NCBI GenBank assembly: GCA_965603825.1
Contig: CBFDEM010000051.1
Location: 62,001 to 126,000 of the forward strand
DNA from: Blepharisma stoltei ATCC 30299
Lineage: Eukaryota; Protista; Ciliophora
Direction: 5' to 3'
Length of the DNA stretch: 64,000 bases
Part shown: positions 12,155 through 25,316 of the stretch, piece after piece
Layout of the letters: every line of letters starts with the position of its first letter
Numbering within the stretch: the first letter of the stretch is position 1
Translations under genes and position numbers: made by a program
The notes under the pieces: generated by a model
What the model saw: only the letters and a program-made list of their open reading frames with translations
Database searches by the model: none
Told to the model about the DNA's origin: nothing

Positions 12155-15100
12155 ATGCTTTTCAAAGTGATGAATATACTTACACTAGGGTGGTGTCTCA
12201 ATCTTCTCATAGTTGATAACAAAGAAGCTAAAACGAATTTTGACTCACTTGAAGACTCATACACAAACATTTACATTGAGCACAAAACCCTTGAAGAACT
12301 TTTAAAATTAGAGTATGAAATTGATAGAAATACTATTATTATTGATTTATCCTCAAATATTCAGTCTCATTTTTTATTATCTCAACTCGCTTCAAGACAA
12401 AGAATTCTTCATATCATAAACGATGATTTTAATAATGGATATACCTCTTGGACTTTTACGCTAAAACCAAATCAGGGTAAATATATAAACTCCTTAGTAA
12501 ATGTTTGCAAAAAATTTAACTGAAACTCAGGAATTGTTTTTCTCTCCTATAAAAATTCAGGCATGCAACGTAAAATTAACGAAATATTTGATAATGATTT
12601 TCATTATATCATTGTTGAGAGAAAAACAGATATTTCTCAAGTAATTAACAGAGAAGTTTTTAGACTTGGAAGTTACTTATATTATTTATTCACAGAAAGT
12701 AATATATCTGAGGATATTATCCAAAACCTCATAAGGACAAATTTATTATTAAAAGACAGCGGAATATTATTAAGCCAGGAAAGTAGTTATAATACAAATT
12801 TTAATGGCGCTTTAATTCTAGCTTCAAAAGGCCAAGAAAATACAAAATCATATGAACAAGAAACTGTCCAAAGTTTAAAAAATTTATTTTCTCAGATTCT
12901 TGGAGCTCAAAATTTTAATAATACAGGAAATGACATTAATTTTATTATGAAAGATATTCTTATGTCTATCTGTGAAAGCCATTTTTGTACAAATTCTTTT
13001 AATTTAGTAAATATTCAGTCTGGAAATAGGGTTATTATTGGAGATTCTTTGCCTTTCTCTATAAAAAACTCAATAATTTTCCCAGGCAATTCTTCAGTAA
13101 TCCCTGAATCTCGCAAAAAAATTATAAAAGTTAGCATAAGTAATGGCTCTAAAAACCCAACAACCGCTCCTATGAATAATACCTACACAAATTACTATGG
13201 CTGCTATACAGCCATAAAGCAAGTAAATACTGGCCAGGATTTAATAGAAAATTTTATGCTATCCCCTACAACTTTTGATTGTGGACAATCTGAGTATAAT
13301 TCTACTTTTATGTATAATTGTTTTTCTAAAAAATTCGATGATATCGGTGTCATGCATTTTCCATCAAGCTTTACACCAGTAGTATCAGGAACAATGGCGA
13401 CGCTCTCCAAGCTAAATCATAGTATTCCGCTCATCGCAGGCATGTCTAATGATGATGCGCTGACAATTACGCAGAAATACCCATTTTTCTCTAGGACAAG
13501 TTTTGATTATGTTTACGTAGCTGCACAGTTTGTAAAGGTACTCTATACTTTGGGTTGGAAAAATTGCGCAATTTTATATCAGACTAAACCTTTGTATACA
13601 GCCATGCACAATCAGTTTGTAGAAACAGCTGAAAAGTATAATTTGAAGATTCTCAATAGAGAAAGCCTTCGTGCAATACCAGGAGACGTCAATAGTTATG
13701 AAGCCTTACTAAATCACACAGAGATTGTTCAAGAAGTCATAAATAGCAACGCTCGGCTATTGATAATGATTATGCTCGCTGACATTTCTATTGCAACGAT
13801 GGACTTGCTTTACGATTTAGGCATAAGAAAAGGCGATTTAATAGTATTATGAGCAGCGCCAGCTTGGATCAATGCTGTATATTTTCCTAGACCAGGCGGC
13901 TTAGATAGAACTAAAACTAATGAGCTTTCGCTTCCTTCAATTGCATTAGACCAACCTAGCTATACAGGAGAGGTAGGAAACTGGGTCGAAAAACAAATAG
14001 CCAGCACATATGGAGGAAACCCCTCTCAAAGTAACCTAGGCTCATGCTGGAATTATGACGCAGCAAGACTAGGAAGCTATGCATTGGATTTCATGATTGA
14101 TAGAGGTCTTGATTACACAAATGGGACTTTATTAATGGAAGCGGTCAGAAAACAAATTTTTACAGGCTGCTCTGGGACAGTGAGAATTGAGCCTGATACA
14201 AATAATAGATTTATTAATTTCCTGATATTGAAAAATGCGTTGTGAAATCCTGCAACTAATTCTGTACAAGTTTCTGATGCGGCATATTGAAATCCTACTG
14301 GGAGTGACGTTTTAACGATTCTTCAGCCATTAAAATACGCTGGAAATACCACGATAAAGCCTAGCGATTTTAGAGTTGAGCTAAATAATTGCCCATTTCC
14401 TGAAAAAGAAATTAGGACTTTTGATAAAGGCAGGTATTTAGTATTTGGAATTTGCATAGCAGTAGCGGTGGCGACTGCAGGGGTTACTATCGTTATATGG
14501 AAAAAATGATGGAATATAAGAGCTGAAGATTTAAAAGAAAGGAAAGAAATGTCAATCGAAGATTTCATTATGGCTGCCACCATTGTAATTGAATTTTTCC
14601 AATTGTTAGCTATGGGTCCAGATATTACTCCTATAAATTCTTTAATTTCTGATATAGGAAAATCGTTTTCACTGGATTTTGAAAGCTTGATACAGGTGAG
14701 AAATGACGTTTTTTGGATTTTTCTTGATGTAGTTTTTGGGTCAATTATATTGTGGGTGATTTTATCTGTGATTGTTTTGTTTAGATTGGACGAAATTTTT
14801 AATAGGGTCGCGATTATTCGATATCTCAATTCACTTTCGGATTATTTAATGCCTGTGCTTGGGAATTTATTGTTTATCCCGTTTATGTCAGGCTTATTAG
14901 ACGTTTTTGTATGTGATAAATCAATTGGAGATGATTTCACTCAAAGTTTTATGTATAAAGATTGCAACCAATTTTGCTGGAAAAATGACCATATAATATA
15001 TGCAACTTTTGCCTTCATTGGTATTATTTTATATGAACCTTTAGCAATATTCTGTAGACCTCTCTGGCAAGAATTTCAACCTTTGGCACATGTAAAATAC

Positions 15101-15541
15101 TCTCCTAGACATCTTATGCTGAAAACTATATTCCAAATAACCCTTATTGTTATGAATAAAACAGTAAAAAGAGCTCAAGACATCGCCCATGGAGCGATTT
15201 TTACGTTTTTTGTGCTAGTTTTTGCAGTTTTTATACATAGAGACAAACCTTATAATTATCCTAGATTCAGCTGGTGACTGACTTTAAGCTTATTTGGAAT
15301 TGTGTGAGAGTCATTTTTAACTACAATTAATATAGGAATTGGGAATAGTGATTCTCTTGTATGAGTTGCTATATTAATAGCTGGATGGGGTATAATAGGA
15401 ATTATAGGATTATGGGTACAAAAGAAAAAATATCCGAGTTTGCTTTTTAGAAGTAAAGGAAAAGATACTTCAAATTTATTCAAATTTGCATTTACATTGG
15501 GCAGAAGGAAATCTCAAGCAATTTCATTGAAGATGAGTTAA
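12155..15541 (+). CDS. Venus-flytrap (ANF-receptor-like) multi-pass membrane receptor, copy 1, 1128 aa
   Basis: One frame with TGA=Trp from ATG 12155 to TAA 15539-15541. Signal peptide; ANF-type motif SNDDAL..KYPFFSRT..LGWKNCAILY and FTGCSGTVRI; ~9 hydrophobic segments at the C-terminus. Confidence 0.85.
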
Positions 15542-15669
15542 AAAATTATTAAAAATAATTAGCTTTATTTAAGCCTTATTTCAAAAAAATTAGGGAGTAA
15601 AACTTCAATATATTTTCTGACTTCTTTTAACTATGTTGATCTTTAAACTCTTCGTACTAACTTTATGGA

Positions 15670-15940
15670 CTCTCTGCGATTTTGATCAGTCGGAGGGAAT
15701 CTCTAATTCTCAGGTAGTCTGGGATATCGTCTACCGATAAACTGATTAGGTTTAGGCTTAAAAATCCTGTTTCTTTTTTCTTGTCCGGCTTTTTTAAATT
15801 TTTCTTCTTCTTAAACGAATTCATTAATAGCATAGCTATAAGCTATCACTTTTTTGATGTCTTCTAGAGGAGCTTCTCTTATAGTTTCTGAAGTAACGAT
15901 ATGTCCGATATTTCATAAATGATCTAAATCTGCAAGAATA
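15670..15940 (-). pseudogene. Decayed fragment of an unknown gene family (ADLDHLW..IREAP; DYLRIRDSLRLIKIAE)
   Basis: Homologous to 20030-20460; contains stops and frameshifts. Confidence 0.5.
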
Positions 15941-16423
15941 AATACCAAGATTTTTAGATATAAAAATAGCAATAATAAAATCATAATGATTTTTATTCCC
16001 TCTTATAGTATAGACTTCTAATTCAAAATAATTCATTTTCTGTGCCAAATATGGGCATTTTATAAATAAATCACCCTATTGGTTTTTTATTAAAAAGTTA
16101 AATTCAATATAGTATTCCTCTTATCGAATGAGTCAATAAGCACAATTTATAAAAAAATAATTCCGAAATATTAAATAATTAAAAAACTTAATAAATTGTA
16201 TGAGTAGTCTGATATAAAATTTTCTAAAATTAATTCTGGCATGCCTTTGCCTTCAATTTTGATATTTTTTTATATTTAAAGATCAGAGCTCTTTTAAGGA
16301 CCCACTATTCACATAAAAACAATATTTCATAATTCTCTGGTTTATGACGCAACGGCTTTGGTCGTTCAAAATATCTTAATTAATGGACGGCTCTTGCAAA
16401 TGAAATAATAAACAATATAAATA

Positions 16424-19400
16424 ATGCTTTTCAAAATAGTTGCTATACTTACACTAGGATGGTGTCTCAATCTTCTCATAGTTGACGAAAAAGAACCTAA
16501 AGAGATTTTTGACTCTCTTGAAGAGTCATATATAAATATTTACATTGAGTACAAAATTCTGGAAGAACTTATAAAAATAGAGTATGAAATTGATAGAGAT
16601 ACTATCATAATAGATTTATCCTCAAATATACAGTCTCATTTTTGAATATCTCAGCTTGCCTCAAGGCAAAGAATTCTTCATATTATAAATGATGATTTTA
16701 ATAAGGGATATAGCACTTGGACTTTTTCACTAAAACCATATCCGGATAGATATATAAATTCCTTAGTAAATGTTCTAAAAAATTTTAACTGAAGCTCAGG
16801 AATTGTTTTTCTCTCTGATAAAAATTCATGAATGAAAGAAAAAATTAGCAAAATATTTGATAATGATTTTCATTATATTATTGTTGAGAGCAAAACTGAT
16901 ATTTCTCAAGTAATAGATAGAGAAGTTTTTAGACTTGGCAGCTACTTATATTATTTATTTACAGAAAGTAATATATCTGAGGATATTATCCAAAACCTCA
17001 TAAGGACAAATTTATTATTAAAAGACAGCGGAATATTATTAAGCCAGGAAAGTAGTTATAATACAAATTTTAATGGCGCTTTAATTCTAGCTTCAAAAGG
17101 CCAAGAAAATACAAAATCATATGAACAAGAAACTGTCCAAAGCTTAAAAAATTTATTTTCTCAAATGTTTGCAGCTCAAAATTTTAATAATACAGGGAAT
17201 GACATTAATTTTATTATGAAAGATATTCTTATGTCTATCTGTGAAAGCCATTTTTGTGCAAATTCTTTTAATTTAGTAAATATCCAGTCTGGAAATAGGG
17301 TCATCATTGGCGATTCTTTGTCTTTCTCTATAAACGACTCAATAATTTTCCCATGTAATTCTTTACTAATTCCTGAGCCTTGCAAAAAAATTATAAAAGT
17401 TAGCATAAGTAATGGCTCTATTAATCCAACAACCCCTCCTATGCCTTTTACCCACACAAATTACTATGGCTGTTATACAGCCATAAATCAAATAAATACT
17501 GGCCAGGATTTAATAGAAAATTTTATGCTTTCTCCATCAACTTTTGATTGTGGTGTATCTGAGTATAATTCTACTTTTATGTACAATTGTTTTTCTAAAA
17601 AATTTGATGACATTGGCGTCATGCATTTCCCCTCAAGCTTTACACCAGTCGTATCAGGAACAATGTTGACGCTCCCCAAGCTAAATCATAGTATTCCGCT
17701 CATTGCAGGTATGTCTAATGATGATGTCCTTACGTTGCCTCAGAAATACCCATTTTTCTCTCGGACAAGTTTCGATTACGTATATGTGGCTGCACAGTTT
17801 ATTAAGGTACTCTATACGATGGGCTGGAAAAATTGCGCAGTTTTATATCAGGTTGAACCTTTGTATACAGCCATGTACCAGCAGTTTGTAGAAACAGCTG
17901 AAAAGTATAACATGAATATCCTCAATAGAGAATATTTACGTGCAATACCAGGAGATGTCAATAATTATGAAGCCTTATTAAATCACACAGAGATTGTTCA
18001 AGAAGTCATCAACAGTAACGCTCGGCTATTAATAATGATTATGCTTGCTGACATTTCTATTGCAACGATGGATTTATTTTACGATTTAGGCTTAAGAAAT
18101 GGCGATTTAATAGTATTATGAGCAATGCCAGCTTGGATCAATACTATATATGTCCCGAGGTCAGGTGGCTTAGCTGGCTATCGACGGATATGAAACTTGT
18201 ATCCCAGGACGTAACTCTAGGGACCGCGCTGGGAAAGTGAGCAAATGGTCAAGCGAGCGCCCTCTAGCCTTGCTGGGCTGTCCCTTTCTGCTTACAAGTC
18301 TCGTCATCCCTTGGAATAAAATATTGCATAGATTTGAGCCTGCTGTCGGTCAGCCCGATATTGCACTCCATCAGACCAAGCTAGAGCTGACCAAATACAC
18401 TCACCGCACTCTGCTTTCCCTTCCACAAGGTCCCCAGATCCCATCTGGCTGCAAGTGCTAAGGGAAGAGGTAGGCTCTCCACGCAATTTTTATATGTTTA
18501 ATGGAAGCTGTAAGAAAACAAATTTTTACAGGCTGCTCTGGGACAGTGAGAGTTGAGCCTGACACAAATAATAGGTTTATTAATTTCCTGGTATTGAAAA
18601 ATGCGTTGTGAAATCCTGCGACTAATTCTGTACAGGTTTCTAATGCGGCGTATTGAAATCCTACTGGGAGTGACGTTTTAACGATTCTTCAGCCATTAAA
18701 ATACGCTGGAAATACCACGATAAAGCCTAGCGATTTTAGAGTTGTGCTGAATAATTGCCCATTTCCTGAAAAAGAAATTAGGACTTTTGATAAAGGTAGG
18801 TATTTAGTATTTGGAATTTGCATAGCAGTAGCGGTGGCGACTGCAGGGGTTACTATCGTTATATGGAAAAAATGATGGAATATAAGAGCTGAAGATTTAA
18901 AAGAAAGGAAAGAAATTTCAGTTCCTGACGCTATTATGGCTGCTACCATTGTAATTGAATTTTTCCAATTGTTAGCTATGGGTCCAGATATTACTCCTAT
19001 AAATTCTTTAATTTCTGATATAGGGAAATCGTTTTCACTGGATTTTGAAAGCTTGATACAGGTGAGAAATGACGTTTTTTTGATTTTTCTTGATGTAGTT
19101 TTTGGGTCAATTATATTGTGGGTGATTTTATCTGTGATTGTTTTGTTTAGATTGGACGAAATTTTTAATAGGGTCGCGATTATTCGGCATCTCAGCTCAC
19201 TCTCGGATTATTTAATGCCTGTGCTTGGGAATTTATTGTTTATTCCTTTTATGTCAGGCTTATTAGATGTTTTTGTATGTGATAAATCAATTGGAGATGA
19301 TTTCACTCAGAGTTTTATGTATAAAGACTGCAACCAATTTTGTTGGGAAAATGACCATATAATATATGTAACTTTTGCCTTTATTGGTATTATTTTATAT

Positions 19401-19901
19401 GAGCCTCTAGCAATATTTTGTAGACCTCTCTGGCAAGAATTTCAATCTTTGGCGCATGTAAAATACTCTCCTAGACATCTTATGCTGAAAACTATATTCC
19501 AAATAACCCTTATTGTTATGAATAAAACAGTAAAAAGAGCTCAAGACATTGCCCATGGAGCGATTTTTACGTTTTTTGTGCTAGTTTTTGCAGTTTTTAC
19601 ACATGGACATAAAGCTTATAATTATCCTAGATTCAGCTGGTGACTGACTTTAAGCTTATTTGGAATTGTGTGAGAGTCATTTTTAACTACAATTAATATA
19701 GGAATTGGGAATAGTGATTCTCTTGTATGAGTTTTTATATTAATAGCTGGATGGGGTATAATAGGAATTATAGGATTATGGGTACAAAAGAAAAAATACC
19801 CGAGTTTGCTTTTTAGAAGTAAAGGAAAAGATACTTCTAATTTATTCAAATTTGCATTTACATTGACGAGAGGCAAAAGTAAAGTAATATCATTTAAATA
19901 A
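16424..19901 (+). pseudogene. Venus-flytrap receptor copy 2, disrupted by a sequence replacement
   Basis: Close paralogue of copy 1 (offset 4269). The frame hits TAA at 18212 inside the foreign segment 18174-18497. The downstream half resumes in another frame and ends at TAA 19899-19901. Confidence 0.85.
18174..18497. other. 324-bp GC-rich foreign segment replacing 227 bp of receptor coding sequence
   Basis: Alignment with copy 1 breaks after 'ggcttag' (13904/18173) and resumes at 'ttaatggaag' (14132/18498). It is roughly half G+C in an AT-rich context. Confidence 0.9.
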
Positions 19902-20029
19902 ATTATTTTATTAAATGGAAAAGAAAACTATTAAAATAATTAAGTTTATTTAGTCTTTATTTATTAGAATAAAGAACTGGAATATACTCTTTTACATTGG
20001 TCTGATTTTTGAACTTATTCCAACTAACT

Positions 20030-20460
20030 TAATGCGCAATTTTGATCAGTTAGATGGAAATCTCTAATTCTCAGGTATTCTGTAGCTTCTTCCCTACTGA
20101 TTATATCTTCCTCAGTTAGGCTCCAAAAATCCTTTTAATTTTTTTCTTAATTCAATTTTTATTAGTGTCTTTTTGAAATTTTTCTTAATCTTGAATAAGC
20201 ATAGCAATTGAAATAAATTTTGCAAAGAATACCATAATAGGCATCCAGAAAACTACTCATTTTTTTATTCTTCCAAATGCTCATCATCCAACGTGTCATG
20301 CTCTCTCTCCTTTATATCAAGCTACTCAATAATATTTCTTTTCTTAGCTTACTTTGTATATATTGTAGCTTTTGATATCTATCAAGGAGCTCTCTTATAA
20401 TATCTGAAGTAACGATAAGTACGATTCCCATAAAGGATCTAAGTCTGCAATCTTGGGCTG
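20030..20460 (-). pseudogene. Second decayed fragment of the same unknown family
   Basis: Shares 'ttttgatcagt..atctctaattctcaggta' and 'ctgaagtaacgata' with 15670-15940. Confidence 0.5.
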
Positions 20461-21208
20461 CAATCACCAAACAAGTAAAGAAATTTCTCAAAAAACAGAT
20501 TCTGTGAGTGAAGATCTCAAAATTTTATTTCTTAAAGCCTAATTCAACGCAATCCTTACTCTCATCTCGGAAAGGGTTATTTCTGCTTAAATTATCTAGT
20601 TCGGTTAGTCCTTTTGCTAGATTTAAATTCATATCCTTATCTTTTATATATATAATGCCTCACTTGATAGGCAATTAATGACATGAAATTGGTGTTTAAG
20701 GAAGTTTTACTGAGCCAGCTTAAAGGGTTTCATGCTATTAATTTCTGAGCTTCTTCTGTAGATTTGCATTAGTTTTCTTCTCAATAAAGAGCAGACAAGG
20801 CCTTCCATTTTGTTTTTCTTAATTTATTCTTGATGTATTATTATGGGTTATTTAGGCCACTTTTATTTTAGGCAAAATAATTGATTATTCAAAATAATGA
20901 ATTAAATTCTAGATGAAAATCTGTAAATATTTATAAATTTATTTTTGGGTATATTTAAAAATGAATTACCTTTACAAATTAAGCAAAAAGATAGGTATTA
21001 AATTAATGCTTAAATATGCTTAGAAGCCATATATTATAAGCAAGTATAAAATCATTTCTTTGCCCATATTAGGATATAAACTTCAGATCTCTTGGAATTT
21101 CTATATAGAACTTGCATTTCTGACTTTTTAATTAATATTGGAGAGTGCGTCTTACGATAATTTTTTCTAATTAGTTATTTTTTTACCTGTACATGACTTT
21201 TAATATAA

Positions 21209-24200
21209 ATGAAATTCTGGCAGATTTTTATATTTATAACTCTAGGTTTATCAATAGACGTTTTTCTCGTCTACGACAACGCAACCAGCTTAAATATGCC
21301 TCTTTTCAAAAGCAACCTAGAATCAAGTTGAAACAAAACCTCAGAATTTAATGCATTATTTACTGATTATACAATATTTACACAAATTTTAAAGGAAAAT
21401 CCAGAAAATATTCAAATTGTTATTGACCTTACCTCAGATTTCAAGTCACATTTTTGGATTTCAAGACAAGCTTTAGAGAACCATTTTATTCACATAACCC
21501 AGAAAAATTATAATGAAGCCTATTCTGACTGGTCTTTTTCTTTGAATTCAGATATAAATGTTTATTCAAAAGCAATAAAAAATGTTTGAGATAATCTTAA
21601 TTGAATGACTGGTGTTGTTTTCCTTTCCCTAAAGAGTTTATTAATAAGAGATAAAGTGTATACCACTTTAGACAATGACTTCCATTATGTAATAATTGAA
21701 AGCAAGTCTGGAATTACTGAAGTTATTAATAGAGATGTATTTAAACTAGGGAGAAATTTATATTTCGTGTTTACAGAGAGCGATATTTCTGAGGAAATTA
21801 TAAGTAATTTGGTGCAAACCAAGCTTTTGGGCAAGGGTTGCGGTCTATTTCTTAGCCAGGAGAGTGGCTATAAAGCCCCAATAGACGGATCATTAATATT
21901 AGCGTCTAGAGGACAAGAGCAAACTACTTCTTTTCAAGAATCTTTACAAGCAAATATTGTCAATTTATTCATCTCACTTCTTGATTTTTTGCAAAACAAT
22001 AATTTTTATATTGACAGTCCCACTGTCTTAAAAAACGCCTTTATCTCCTTATGTGAAAACCATTTTTGCACAAATTCTTTCAGTTTAGTGAATATTCAGT
22101 CAGGTAAACGAGTTTTAATAGGCGATGCTTATTCTAAAAACTTTTCCTCAATAATTTTCCCAGGTGGACAAATTTCAATTCCTTATGTTCAGAAAAAAAA
22201 AATTAATATGAGCATAAGTAACGGTATTCACAATCCTTTTACTAATCTTACGATGCCTTATTTCCAGGTGCAATACTTCGGAGTTTATATAGCAATCGAC
22301 CAAGTTAACAGTGGAGAAGACTTAATTTCAAATTTTATTATGGAGCCAACAACTTTTGACAGTGGGAATTCAATATATGATTTTGAGTTTTCTTATAATT
22401 CCTTTAGTGAGAATATTAAAAAAATTGGTGTCATGCATATACCACAAAGCTTCACCCCTGTAGTTATAGGAACAATGAAAACTTTAAGCGCATTAAACAT
22501 ATCAATCCCAGTTATAGCAGGACTATCTAATGACGCCTCTTTATCATTTTCCGATACTTTTCCTTATTTTTCAAGAACCACATTTGACGGTACCTATGTC
22601 GCCAGCCAATCTTTAAAGCTCCTTTATACCTTAGGCTGACGAAACTGCGCAATTTTATACCAAGACGAAATTTTTATGACTTCGGTTTACAACGAATTTG
22701 TAAAAACAGCCAAAGAGTATCGTTTTAATATTTTAAACAGAGAAGATCTTAGACTTATTCCCAGTTCTGTAAAAAACTATACCAGCCTTTTAAAATATAC
22801 CCATGCAATGCAAGAAGTAATTGATTCCAATGCGAAGCTGCTAATTATCGTTATGACTGGCTCTATAAATCATTATATAATGGACATTTTTTATGATTTA
22901 GGAATCAGAAAAGGAGACTTTGTTGTGTTTTGAGCAATAACCGCATGAATTAATAGTATGTATATTCCTCGTGGTGATAATTTAACAAAATCCATAGAGG
23001 TCTCGCTGCCTTCTATATCATTAGACCAGCCAGCATTTGTAGGAGAAATTGGTAAATGAGTAAATATTGAACTGACTTCGAAATATCAGACAGAAAATAA
23101 TATTGCTTCATGCTGGTCTTATGATGCTGCAAGACTAGGAATTAATGCCCTTGATTATATGACTAACAGAGGTCTAGACTATACAAATGGGAGCTTATTT
23201 ATGAGTTATATAAGAAAGCAGAATTTTGTAGGGTGCTCAGGAAATATTAGGATTGAGCCAAATAGTAATAACAGATTTATTGATTCTCTTGTATTAAAAA
23301 ATGCTATATGAGATGAAAACAGTAAGAATGTGATTTTAGAAGAAGTTGGGAACTGGAGTCCTATAGGAAATAAACTGCTGACTATGAAAAAGTCTATTAT
23401 TTATTATGGAAATTCAACAAATAAGCCTGATGATTTTAGAGTTGTATTAGATGGCTGCCCATTTCCTCAGTCAGCAGTTAAAACTTTTGAGAAAGGCAGG
23501 TATTTAATTTTTGGGATAGGAATTGCGACTGTAATATGAAGTTTTTTTAATATTTTTTTTATTTGGAAGCAATGGAGTCAAATAGTCGTCCCTGATCTAA
23601 CAAGCCGAGAAGAAGTGTCATACGAAGACTTTATTATGGGTTCTACAATTGTTATTGAGTTTTTCCAATTTTTAGCTATGGGGCCAGGAATGAAGCCAGT
23701 CAGCTCTTTTCTAAATTATATAGGTAATGCTTTGTCTTTTGACTTTGATGATTTTTTTTCACCGAAAAATGGTGCATTTTGGATTATAATTGATTTGGTA
23801 TTTGTTGGTGTACTCTTATGGGTAGTTCTTTCACTAGTGGTGCTTCTTAATCTGGGGGAAAGAAAATTTTATGGTAAATGAATAGCTGAAAAGCTTAACA
23901 GTTATGCTGACAATTTAATGCCCTTTTTAGGTAATTGATGCTTTATTCCATTTATTTCAATATTGTTGGATGTTTTTGTATGTGATCAATCAATAGGTGA
24001 TAATTTTACAGATAGTTTTATGATGAAGGATTGCTACCAATTCTGCTGAAAAGATGAACATTTAGTATATTCTATCTTCTCTGGGATTGCCATTATTTTG
24101 TATGAGCCACTTGCTATTTCTTGCAGACCACTGTGGCAAGAAATGCAGAATTTAGCTCACGTGAAATCTATTCCCCTACACCTGATGGAAAAGACGATAA

Positions 24201-24619
24201 TTCAAGTTATTTTTATTGTCCTTAATAAAACAATAAAAAGAATACAAAGACTAGCCCATGGCCTCATATTTACGATTGTTATGCTATGTTTTGCAATTTT
24301 TACATTAAAATACAAAGCTTATAATTATGAAAGATTTAGCTGATGGCTATCATTAAGTCTATTTGGAGTCTCTTGAGGGTCATTTTTAGCTACAATTGAT
24401 AATGAATTAGGCGACGGGTCCTTTTTCTGAATTCTTCTTTTGATTATTGGCTGATCTATATTAATATGTATTGGAGTTATAGTGCAAAGAGTGAAATATC
24501 CTAGCTTATTATACCGACCTCAAAAAATAAACACTGAAAAATTATACCATTTTGCTTTTGCTTTTAGTTCTAGAATTGATGATTATGATGAGGTTGGGAG
24601 TGTTAATTTCTTACAATAA
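21209..24619 (+). CDS. Venus-flytrap receptor copy 3, 1136 aa
   Basis: All sub-ORFs fall in one frame from ATG 21209 to TAA 24617-24619 with TGA=Trp. Same architecture as copy 1. Confidence 0.85.
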
Positions 24620-25316
24620 ATATGCAGTACAATTTATCTCTCAAAATACGAATTTTACCTAAAAAGGAATTTTTTTAGCTTAGTAAAGAATATATTTTGA
24701 CTTTATAATTCATTTATATGATATAATCTATTTTAAATTCAACCTTAAATTAGCTTTGAATATTTTCAAATTTTTTAATAAATACAGCTCTATACTTAAT
24801 CATTAGATAAACATACTCAAAAAATTTTTATTTCTTTTCTTATTTAGCTAAGCTACAATTTGGAATTATATTTAAAAAGTGCCTTTTTTTATATTTTTTA
24901 AATCCTCAATTGATCTATTATTCTAATCAAAATATTTAAAAAATTTGAAACAGATATAGTCTTCTGATAATTCTAAAGCTATTATTTTTATTTTCCACCT
25001 ACCAAATATCACTTTCTGATTTCTTAATAAGGCTGAATTACTTAAACCCAAAGCCTCAAAAAATAATAAAACAAATTTAATAGCTGTTAAAAGATATTCT
25101 TAATAAAAGGTAAATTTTATCAGTTTCGCTACAAAAAGGGATCAATATTCGTCGCTAAAAATAATTTAAGAAATCTCAATGAATTATAAAATCTTTTTTA
25201 TTATTTTCATAAGCCTTATCAGTAAAATAAAGATTTATCATGTTTCAGCCAATTTTTAGAAAAGCAAAATATGAGAAAGATTTCCAATTCATAAATATAA
25301 AGCTTTTTTAATATAA

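Noticed and set aside
18174-18497. GC-rich insert as an ncRNA gene (RNase P/MRP, SRP, telomerase RNA)
   Set aside because: No diagnostic conserved motif or template was recognised; an Infernal/Rfam scan would be needed.
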